From contig JAUQPW010000005.1 in NCBI GenBank assembly GCA_030550175.1, positions 23,873-87,872 of the forward strand: 64,000 bases of DNA, read 5' to 3'. The translations under genes and the position numbers were made by a program. Origin of the DNA: a bacterium (GTDB lineage Bacteria; Moduliflexota; Moduliflexia; Moduliflexales; JAUQPW01). How positions within the stretch are numbered: the stretch's first letter is position 1; every line of letters starts with the position of its first letter. This document shows positions 54,288 through 62,722 of the stretch, in pieces. Below the pieces are notes generated by a model. The model did no database searches. It was given only the letters and a program-made list of their open reading frames with translations, and was not told the DNA's origin.

Positions 54288-56840
54288 ATGAAACTCTTTT
54301 CCCGTACAAATTTTTTAAAACTTATTAATGCCATTATTATTCTCGAATTCCTGGGTTTATTGTTCCTTTGTTTTATCGGTCCTATTAATTTTAAATTCGC
54401 CTGGTTTAAGCTTAAGTTATCCCACTACGACAGACCTCTTTTGATAATTACCGGGCTGTGGATACTCAAACAGATTACCACCCATTTTTCTTTCCAAAGG
54501 CTTCAGAAAATAGCCTCTAACAGGCCGTTTAATTATTATGCAGGAATATTGATCCTTTCTGCAGCGACCCTTCTGCTGGAGATTACCATGACGCGCATCT
54601 TTACGGTGCTTTTCTTTAATCACTTTGCCTTTCTGATTATCAGTACTGCTCTGTTCGGTTTTGGCCTTAGTGGGGTATTTTTATCTATCTTTCCCTCTGT
54701 CTACACCCGTCATCTGGGCAAATCTCTGACTGGCTTATCCCTGGCATTTGGAATGAGCAGCCTCTTAACCTTGAAAATTATCGTTACCGTCCCTTTAAAG
54801 TTCAGCGCTCTTTTCAATGAACCGATTCAGTTTTTCTACTTAACGGTTTATTATGTGGCTCTGGGAGTTCCCTTCTTTTTCTCGGGTATGGTCGTAGCTC
54901 TACTTCTCTCCAGTCTACCTAAACAGGTCAATGCACTGTATTTTTATGATCTGTTGGGAGCCGGTTTGGGATGTTTTATTATTGTACTCCTGATTCCGAA
55001 ACTGGGAGGATCCGGGACGGCTATTTTTGCTGCCACCATGGGTTTTATAAGTGCTATTTTTTTCAGTTTTTATACTCATCCAAGGTTTTTTTCCGTATGC
55101 CTCCTGTTTTTAATTATGGGTGGGATCGCTCTTTTTCATGCAGATACTTATTTTAAAATTCAAATACACGAAGGTAAAAGAACCTTCAAATTCGACGTAA
55201 AGGCTGGTCGAATTGAGTTTACCCGATGGAGTGCCGTATCCCGAATAGATGTAGCCGATATGTCTCCCTACAAAATTATATGGATTAACGGAGGAGCCAA
55301 CACGGCTTTCATGGTTCCCTTCCGTATGGGTGCCCCTCTACCTCCTCCCTCTATATGGGCCCCGGTGGTTTACCGCCTCAAGAAAAACTTTGATATTCTT
55401 ATCGTGGGACCTGCCGGAGGTGTTGAAGTATTACAGGCTCTTTCTTATTCCCCCCATTCTATTATCGGCGTAGAATTGGATCCTATCATCACCCATATCG
55501 TGCAAAATGAATATAAACAGTTCATCGGAGGCATCTTTAACCTGCCCCAGGTAACTCTTATTAACGATGAAGGAAGGAGTTATGTCAGTCGAAGCAAGGA
55601 GAAGTTTGATATTATTCAACAGGTGAATAATGCCTCTCCCATCGCCATTGCTTCAGGGGCTTTAAACCTCTCGGAGAGTTATCTGATTACCGTGGAAGCT
55701 TTCCATCAGTACCTGGATCACCTTAAAGAGGATGGCTATATTTATATCCGTCGTCACGGTACGATCCGACTGGCTGCAGTGGCCGCCCAAGCCCTCCGAG
55801 AAAGGGGTATCCAAAATCCGGAAGATTATGTGGTCGTCCTTTATGAGGGAGCTCCTATCAGCCAGGGCTTCTACCTGAAGAAAAGCCCTATTACCCCCGA
55901 GGAATTAGAAGTATTCCGTTGGTATCTTTCAAACTTACCCACCTACCGATTCCTCTACAGCCCCGAAACTAAAAGTGAAGACAATATTTATTATCATGTC
56001 CTATCCAGGGAAAAGGGATGGCAAGACTATTGGAATCTGGGTTTTAATCTTTCCCCTTCAACGGATGACAGGCCTTTTTTCAATCACTTTAAGAGGTTTG
56101 CTTTCTTTAAGTCGCTGGAAAATGTTCCCCCTCAGTTCGAGGATATCCGTCCATCGGGAAATTACATCGATTCCGATAAGATACTTCTGGTCATTCTGGC
56201 CGAGGCAGCCGGTTTATCCACCGTTTTTATTATTTTACCTCTTTATTTGTTCCATAGAACTGGACTCAGAACCAAAAACAAGGGCAAGTTTCTTATCTAC
56301 TTCTTTTCATTGGGTTTAGGTTTTATTCTGATCGAAATAAGCCTGATTCAAAAGTTTACCTTGTTTATCGGTTATCCCGCCTACTCCATCACGGCGGTGT
56401 TGTTTTCCATCCTCGCTTCGGCGGGGACCGGAAGTTATCTTTCCAAAAAATTCGTCACAAACCTCCGTCAGGCCATGGTTTTTATTATCCTGGGTCTGGG
56501 TGTAGGGATCCTTCTTCAACTCCTATTCACCCCTCTGATTTTCCGTACTTTTCTCGGGCAATCTTTGAGTGCTCACATTCTGATTTCGATGGTATTGATT
56601 GCCCCCCTAGGGCTGCTGATGGGAATGCCCTTTCCCCTGGGAATCCGGTGGGTAGATCAGGTAGCTCCGAAACTGATTCCCTGGGTTTGGGGAATTAACG
56701 GCTATTCGACGGTTATCGGTTCCGTCCTGTGCGTAATTCTTGCCCTCTTACTGGGCTTTAAATTCGTGCTGATGCTGGCCGGTCTGATTTATTTAATAGG
56801 TCTCAAAGCCCTTCTGGCCGTCAGGGTTGAAAATAGCTAG
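54288..56840 (+). CDS. Membrane-embedded spermidine-synthase-like SAM-binding protein
   Basis: TM blocks (LEITMTRIF, LYFYDLLGAGLG), SAM-fold core (IVGPAGG.EV, VELDP, DEGRSYV, FDII), STDDRPFF, C-terminal TMs (GFILIEI, W.WGING..TV.GS). Confidence 0.82.
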   Translation: MKLFSRTNFLKLINAIIILEFLGLLFLCFIGPINFKFAWFKLKLSHYDRPLLIITGLWILKQITTHFSFQRLQKIASNRPFNYYAGILILSAATLLLEITMTRIFTVLFFNHFAFLIISTALFGFGLSGVFLSIFPSVYTRHLGKSLTGLSLAFGMSSLLTLKIIVTVPLKFSALFNEPIQFFYLTVYYVALGVPFFFSGMVVALLLSSLPKQVNALYFYDLLGAGLGCFIIVLLIPKLGGSGTAIFAATMGFISAIFFSFYTHPRFFSVCLLFLIMGGIALFHADTYFKIQIHEGKRTFKFDVKAGRIEFTRWSAVSRIDVADMSPYKIIWINGGANTAFMVPFRMGAPLPPPSIWAPVVYRLKKNFDILIVGPAGGVEVLQALSYSPHSIIGVELDPIITHIVQNEYKQFIGGIFNLPQVTLINDEGRSYVSRSKEKFDIIQQVNNASPIAIASGALNLSESYLITVEAFHQYLDHLKEDGYIYIRRHGTIRLAAVAAQALRERGIQNPEDYVVVLYEGAPISQGFYLKKSPITPEELEVFRWYLSNLPTYRFLYSPETKSEDNIYYHVLSREKGWQDYWNLGFNLSPSTDDRPFFNHFKRFAFFKSLENVPPQFEDIRPSGNYIDSDKILLVILAEAAGLSTVFIILPLYLFHRTGLRTKNKGKFLIYFFSLGLGFILIEISLIQKFTLFIGYPAYSITAVLFSILASAGTGSYLSKKFVTNLRQAMVFIILGLGVGILLQLLFTPLIFRTFLGQSLSAHILISMVLIAPLGLLMGMPFPLGIRWVDQVAPKLIPWVWGINGYSTVIGSVLCVILALLLGFKFVLMLAGLIYLIGLKALLAVRVENS

Positions 56841-57058
56841 CCGCTTTCAGTTGCTTTTCAGATAATTTCGGTCTACCCTTTCCTTTTCCCTACCCTCCTC
56901 CAGGGAAATCCCGCCTTCCCTATCCTTTCCGTATGAAAACGGTTGCTTAAAGGTAAGGTAACCCTGCAGGACTGCCTTATACCGATTCTGATTGAACAGG
57001 TCGTATCCCCTCTACTCCCTCTAAAGAGGAGCGACTTGCGTAGCCCCTACGTAGGCAA

Positions 57059-57102
57059 CCCCACCTTAACCCTCCCCGCATGCAGGGAGGGTTAAGGTGG
57101 GG
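57059..57102. repeat. Perfect 18-bp CCCTC-family hairpin
   Basis: CCCCACCTTAACCCTCCC-CGCATGCA-GGGAGGGTTAAGGTGGGG. Confidence 0.85.
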
Positions 57103-57340
57103 CTGTCTCTACTTTACCCCCCATTTCCATACCGACCTGGTATTGAGGGGATAGTTTCCCTGAGGAAGGGTATCGGGTCCCCTCGCCACCGGGAAAGGAA
57201 AGAATTCTGCAGAGATCATTTCAGGAAGAATTCTAAAACCTAAAACAATCGTATTTTGTATAAGTTCTTATAATAAAGAGACTTAATGAAATATAAAAAA
57301 TTTTAAAAAAGAAAAATTTTAGGTAAAATTTATTTTTTCG

Positions 57341-57369
57341 TTGACACTTTCCCGGAAGGATCATAATCT
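57341..57369 (+). promoter_or_regulatory. Sigma70-type promoter
   Basis: TTGACA-17 nt-TAATCT. The ORF-track start at 57341 is this -35 box, so it is not the real start. Confidence 0.55.
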
Positions 57370-57424
57370 TTTCCTTACTTGTTCCTGTACCTTCATGAAT
57401 ATGGATAACCGGGGATACTTTTTT

Positions 57425-58447
57425 ATGAAATCTTTTCTCTTTTCTCTAAAAAGACCCGTCCAGCATATTTTGCTCTTGCTGGGTAGTATCGTAGTCTTTT
57501 TGCTGGGAGTAGAAGGCATCTTCCGACTTCTGGGAATTGCCTGTGTGGAACCTTACTCCGACCGGGACTGGTATAACCAGTACGTTCAGCTCAATTCCAG
57601 AGGGTTTCGAGACTATGAACATACCGAGGAAAAGCCACCCGGAACCTTTCGAATCCTGGGAATAGGAGATTCCTACACTTTCGGGGTTCGGGTGAATTTT
57701 GAGGATATTTATCTGACCCGGTTAGAACGCATGTTGAACGAGCGGTATCCTTCGAGGCATTACGAAGTGATCAACATGGGGGTACCCGGTTATGGTACTA
57801 TGGAAGAACTGCGGCTACTCCGGAAGAAGGGTCTTCTCTATCAGCCCGATCTTGTGATTGTGGGATATGTCTTAAACGACGCGGAGCATCCCCTGTTGGA
57901 ACATCTTTATAAGAAAAAGGTTCGGGCTCTGGTGGCGGCAGAACCTGATTACTCTAAGAAATTGAAGGAAATCTCTCAATTTTATCGCTACGTTTATTTT
58001 CTCTATTTCTGGGGAATCAAAGCAAGGGATCTAGACCGCGATGGTTATTTAGCATCCCTCTATTCAGCAGAGACCAATCCTTATTTACATGATGTCAAAA
58101 AAGCTCTGGCTCAAATGATCCAGTTGGTTAAACAACAAAATGGTCAGGTACTGGTCGTTTTATTCCCTATTTTTAGCCCGGATCCCCGGGAAGAAGAGCG
58201 ATTTGCCCAGGCCCGGCGCATTGTTCAAACCACCTGCCAACATCAAGGGGCCTATTTCCTGGATATGTATCCCCTTTTCCGGGATGCCTTAAAAAGCGGA
58301 AAAGCCAAGCGTTATTGGGCCACACCCTTTGATGCCCACCCCAATAAAGAAGCCCATGCCATCATCGCAGAACAGATTTTTAAAGTCATAGCCGAAGAAA
58401 AACTCATAACAGGCGATGGACAGTGGGCGGTGGACAATGAGCCGTAA
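57425..58447 (+). CDS. Membrane-anchored SGNH hydrolase-fold protein
   Basis: N-terminal TM, NSRGFRD, GIGDSYTFG, NMGVPG, YVLND, FDAHPN. The last ~10 codons come from TGGACAG-type heptamers. Confidence 0.88.
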   Translation: MKSFLFSLKRPVQHILLLLGSIVVFLLGVEGIFRLLGIACVEPYSDRDWYNQYVQLNSRGFRDYEHTEEKPPGTFRILGIGDSYTFGVRVNFEDIYLTRLERMLNERYPSRHYEVINMGVPGYGTMEELRLLRKKGLLYQPDLVIVGYVLNDAEHPLLEHLYKKKVRALVAAEPDYSKKLKEISQFYRYVYFLYFWGIKARDLDRDGYLASLYSAETNPYLHDVKKALAQMIQLVKQQNGQVLVVLFPIFSPDPREEERFAQARRIVQTTCQHQGAYFLDMYPLFRDALKSGKAKRYWATPFDAHPNKEAHAIIAEQIFKVIAEEKLITGDGQWAVDNEP

Positions 58448-58514
58448 ATAGCAGCTAAAAGATGGCAACTTTTTCACCTATCACCTGCCCTCATCCTTCT
58501 GTTTGGTTAAAAGG

Positions 58515-60257
58515 TTAAACGAAAAGACTCAGGGTAACCGGCTGAATAGGGACGGCCAGAGGCTTCAGCATATTGGCTAAAGGCTCGTACAAATCTTTAA
58601 ATTCAATTCCAAACCCCTGGGAAATAACTGCATTGGATACATTAAACATGGAATTTTTCTGAGCATCGTAATTCTCTTTACATCCATCGGTAGATAAAAT
58701 AGCAGGCTTACCGTAGGCCTTTAATCGATCCAGGGCACTCTGATTGAGGATTTTGAAATCTCCCGTGGTCCATTCGTTGGCATGGCTGGTTGTGATGTCT
58801 ACACCGGGATACCTGAAGATTTGATCTGAGATCGGAACATTCACATCGGTACTGGCAGATACGAGAACCGAGGGATTTTCAGACTTGATTACCTCCACAA
58901 CCCAATTATGCCAGCTGGCCCCACCCCATCCGTTATACTCATTGCAGACTTCAAAGATAATATTTTTCAGGTCCCGGAGGGAATTGACCATATATCGCAG
59001 GTATTTCTCCTGGAGAGCTTTAACCGTTAGATTTGGATTGTAAAATTCGGGTCGCCCATCTTTAGGATTCGAAATGGGTGCTTTCAAAGCGTTGTTGGGA
59101 TGCCAGGGATGCCTTGTCCAGGTCATTCCATCCCCAAAGTCGTAGAGGGCTACATTATCAAACAGATCCAACTGAACGATAATTCCGCGGCTGCCAAAGG
59201 TACTCACCAGGTTCCTGAGATTGTCCATGTAAGTTGAATCAAACTGATTGAGATCAAATTTGCTCCCCACCCTCTTCCAGGGAAAGATAGAACTGGTCCA
59301 GGTATCTATACAAAAGGTCCGGGTAAGATTGGCATTATATTTGACCAGTAAATCGGCGAATTCCTGACAACTTTTTCCTTTATAGGGATTCCAGGGATGG
59401 ATTTGCATGTTGGTCCACATATACGTAGACCAACCGGTCACCGTTAATTTTTGCGAACCGTTATAAAGTGAAGCCCCCTGGGTCTTAAGATCATAAATAT
59501 AGGTGCTCCGTGTAGATGGACGAACCATCTTCAGGAGTTCCTCATCCGAGGGAAGATCCCTGTTTACGTCGGTGATAATGGCTGGGTCAATGATACAAAC
59601 CAGTTTGATGGCCATATAGGTATAACCCATATAAAGCAGTCGAAATTCCAGTTGGGATTCGGTTGAAGGAGGCCGAAAGGGAAGGACCAGACGGATATGT
59701 TTCTGGGCCTCGGCAAAGTCTTTTCGGGTCATGACCTGTTTGGCAATGACCCGACTGGCATCTTGGGTTACATCTAAGGTACAGACATAGGCATCATCAA
59801 AGGTGTTGTTATCCACCGTGATACTGAACACAGCTGCTAAATCCTGAACGGGAAAGTTCTTTTCGTACTGACCGAAAATCAAAAATCCGGGAGTTGTGGT
59901 TGCACGAACGGCCCGTCCGTTTGCATCTATGAAAGCATTGGGATGGTTAGACGGATATTGAAGGGCATCGTAAACCCTTAAAACTCCTTTGGGAAGATTC
60001 AATCCGGAAGTAACCTCACGCTTTTTAATAACTTTATTCCCTGCCTCTCTCTTGGAAGCTGTAACCGATGGGGAAGTTTTACGAGGCGACGATCCAGAAA
60101 CGGACCGGGCAACCGGCTTAACCTCTTTTTTACGTGGATCGGATTTCCCCAGTTTTACCCCCTGTGGGACCTTTGAAGAGGCCTTTATTTCTTTCTTGGA
60201 CTTTAGCATAGCAGCAGATGAAACAGTTTTCTGGTTCTTACTGATTTTAGATTTCAT
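58515..60257 (-). CDS. Basic low-complexity tail + beta-sandwich + GH5/clan-A-like TIM barrel
   Basis: K/S-rich first ~85 aa, no signal peptide; RGIIVQLDLFD, NIIFEVCNEY, KPAILSTDG. Confidence 0.65.
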   Translation of the reverse strand: MKSKISKNQKTVSSAAMLKSKKEIKASSKVPQGVKLGKSDPRKKEVKPVARSVSGSSPRKTSPSVTASKREAGNKVIKKREVTSGLNLPKGVLRVYDALQYPSNHPNAFIDANGRAVRATTTPGFLIFGQYEKNFPVQDLAAVFSITVDNNTFDDAYVCTLDVTQDASRVIAKQVMTRKDFAEAQKHIRLVLPFRPPSTESQLEFRLLYMGYTYMAIKLVCIIDPAIITDVNRDLPSDEELLKMVRPSTRSTYIYDLKTQGASLYNGSQKLTVTGWSTYMWTNMQIHPWNPYKGKSCQEFADLLVKYNANLTRTFCIDTWTSSIFPWKRVGSKFDLNQFDSTYMDNLRNLVSTFGSRGIIVQLDLFDNVALYDFGDGMTWTRHPWHPNNALKAPISNPKDGRPEFYNPNLTVKALQEKYLRYMVNSLRDLKNIIFEVCNEYNGWGGASWHNWVVEVIKSENPSVLVSASTDVNVPISDQIFRYPGVDITTSHANEWTTGDFKILNQSALDRLKAYGKPAILSTDGCKENYDAQKNSMFNVSNAVISQGFGIEFKDLYEPLANMLKPLAVPIQPVTLSLFV

Positions 60258-60469
60258 GGAGAAAACCTCCTATCTGGATAGGCATTCAACCCTTCCCTAA
60301 GTACCTCTGTTTACATTCAGAATCCGAAGAACAAAGGGATTATTACTAACGTTAGTTAATTAGTCTGTCATGAATTAACAAAAGTCAAGAAAAAAATGAG
60401 TAATTTTATAAAAAATTTTTACCTGAGCCGAAGCAGGAAGGAGGATCTTTTCAGGCAGACCTGGGGCTT

Positions 60470-60577
60470 ATCCCTGCTCCTGGCAATGGGAAGTGAAGCC
60501 CGGGACAGAGCGAGGAGGACAAAACCATCTCCCTCGCCGTACAAGATGGCTTCGCTCCTATTGCCGTCGGCGAGGAT
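60470..60577. repeat. Structured palindromic element, family C copy 2
   Basis: Reverse complement begins GATCCTCGCCGACGGCAATAGGAGCGAAGCCATCT, versus GGTCCTCGCCACCGGCGATAGGAGCGAAGCCATCT at 15076. Confidence 0.75.
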
Positions 60578-60683
60578 CTGCTTGACTTGAAAAGTAAAAA
60601 CATCTCTTTTTTAGGAGTTCTTCAGGGAACCTTTTGGAGAATTTAGAGGTCTTATCCTTTATAAGGAAGGTAAGGTTAGAACA

Positions 60684-62264
60684 ATGTCTATTCCGGATAG
60701 GTCGAATCTGCAGTCTGATTCCTTCTACCGACGGCGCGTGCTTGCCTGGTCGTGGTATGATTGGGCTGATCATGCCTATATTACCACCATCGCTTCGACT
60801 TTTTTCCCACCTTATTTTGTTACCATCGCCGCTCCGGCTTTTATGGTCACAGGCCCAGTTGTGAATGAAGAAATGGCTAAAGCCATAGCTCGAAATACCG
60901 CTTCTAACCTTTATGCCTTCACCGTATCGGTTTCCCTCCTGGTAGCCGCCCTCCTTGCTCCCCTGGTAGGTACCTATGCCGACATTACCGGACAAAGGAA
61001 GCGTCTTTTGATTATAACCACCCTGGTGGGTGGCGGGTTAGCATCTGCGATGTTTGCGATAACCACAGATTTGTGGTACTTAGGATTGATATTATACCTT
61101 ACAACGCAGGTCATCGTAAACATTGCATTGGGTTTAAACAGTAGCCTACTTCCCCATATAGCCCGTCCGGATGACATGAATCGGGCTTCCAGTTTGGGAT
61201 ATGCCATGGGGTACATGGGGGGTGGTCTATCCCTGGCCCTCTGTACGGCACTTTTTTTGTTTTCAGATCATTGGGGAATCAGCCAGGGATTAGCCATACG
61301 TACGGCATTTCTATCTGTAGGTATCTGGTGGATCATATTTATGATTCCCATCACGCGCGGTGTACCTGAACCAGCGGCTGCACCTTTAATCTCCGGTAAT
61401 AAAGGTCATCCTTTCCGCGATACCCTGATTCGGCTCTCCCATACTTTGCGTGACATCCGACATTATCGTGAGCTCTTCAAGATGCTGATTGCATTCTGGT
61501 TCTATATGGAAGGGATCGGTGCGATTATTCTGTTGGCAACCGCATATGGTGCAGCCCTGGGACTTGACACCGCCGTTCTTATTAGTACCTTGCTACTCAC
61601 GCAATTTGTGGCCTTTCCCTATGCGCTAATGTACGGGCGTATTCCCGATCCGGCCAGTAAATGGCGGAATACCTTTGTTTCAATACTGATCTGGACAGGT
61701 ATTACCTTCCCCCTCATGGGTATCTATGTAAATAGGAAAGATGTTGTTCCCATTCCTTTGACCTTTGCACTCATGATGGGTAATCAAGCCCTGGGGGCCT
61801 TATTTTCTGTTTTGGTCGGCCGCCATCTATGGGCAGGCTTTACCCAACGGCTGGATACAAAACGGGCCGTTATCCTGGGACTGACCATCTATATCCTTAT
61901 CCCGGTTTGGGGTTTTTTTCTTCACAACCCGGCTGAATTCTTTATGCTGGGCTGGCTGGTAGGCACCTTGCAGGGTGGTATTCAGGCCCTTAGTCGAACC
62001 ATTTATACCCGCCTGTCTCCACGTTCCAAGTCCGGTGAGTTTTTTGGATTGTACAGTTTGAGTGAGAAATTTGCCGGGATTTTAGGACCTTTACTCTACA
62101 GCATCGTTGGGGAATTAACCCACAACCCCCGTGCAAGTGTGATTTCCATCTCGATTTTCTTCTTGATAGGTAGTTATCTGTTATGGCAGGTAGACGAGAT
62201 TCAAGGTGCCCAAATCGCCGCCGCTGAAGAGGCTTCCATTGAAGCGACCAGGGCGGCAGATTAG
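60684..62264 (+). CDS. MFS transporter, UMF1/Atg22-like, with a ~70-aa hydrophobic insertion
   Basis: AWSWYDWADHAY.T, APLVGTYAD, SSLGYAMGYMGG, GGIQALSR, SGEFFGLY, GILGPLL. Confidence 0.88.
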   Translation: MSIPDRSNLQSDSFYRRRVLAWSWYDWADHAYITTIASTFFPPYFVTIAAPAFMVTGPVVNEEMAKAIARNTASNLYAFTVSVSLLVAALLAPLVGTYADITGQRKRLLIITTLVGGGLASAMFAITTDLWYLGLILYLTTQVIVNIALGLNSSLLPHIARPDDMNRASSLGYAMGYMGGGLSLALCTALFLFSDHWGISQGLAIRTAFLSVGIWWIIFMIPITRGVPEPAAAPLISGNKGHPFRDTLIRLSHTLRDIRHYRELFKMLIAFWFYMEGIGAIILLATAYGAALGLDTAVLISTLLLTQFVAFPYALMYGRIPDPASKWRNTFVSILIWTGITFPLMGIYVNRKDVVPIPLTFALMMGNQALGALFSVLVGRHLWAGFTQRLDTKRAVILGLTIYILIPVWGFFLHNPAEFFMLGWLVGTLQGGIQALSRTIYTRLSPRSKSGEFFGLYSLSEKFAGILGPLLYSIVGELTHNPRASVISISIFFLIGSYLLWQVDEIQGAQIAAAEEASIEATRAAD

Positions 62265-62404
62265 GGATAAAGATCTGACTTCAGGGGGTACCGGGTTTAT
62301 CCTTATACCAGGTCCGTATTAGAAGGTGGTATAAAGGATTCCCCCAACCCCCCGTCAACGGCTTTCAGGGGCAGATTTTTTCTCACCTGACCCCTTCACT
62401 CCCA

Positions 62405-62541
62405 TACGTGCCAGGATAGGAGTGAGGTCCATTCCCCTTCCGGACCTTCCCCGCTTTGCAGGGGGAGGAACTTTGAAGCGAAGTTCCCTCCCCTGTGAAA
62501 CGGGGGAGGGACCGGGTGGGGACACCTTAACCTGGCACCTA
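62405..62541. mobile_element. MITE with family A ends but different (CCCTC-hairpin) cargo
   Basis: TA|CGTGCCAGGATAG ... CTTAACCTGGCACC|TA enclosing G/C-rich hairpins unrelated to the copy 1-3 interior. Confidence 0.75.
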
Positions 62542-62557
62542 GGGGGTTAGGGGGACT

Positions 62558-62640
62558 TAGGCGCCAGGATAAAAAGGTTAGCCCCGGCGGGGCAACCTGT
62601 TTAACAGGACGTTCCTACGGAGCTTGAAAAAATTCTGAAT
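62558..62640 (+). mobile_element. MITE family A, truncated copy 4 (left half)
   Basis: TA|GGCGCCAGGATAAAAAGGTTAGCCCCGGCGGGGCAACCTGTTTAACAGG...AATTCTGAAT, after which homology ends. Confidence 0.8.
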
Positions 62641-62722
62641 TTCTGGATCTGTGGAGTAAAAAGAATAGGTTAGCGAGAAGAAGTATCGGGAGGCCCCCTC
62701 TCCTCTCGTGCCTCCCATTTAC

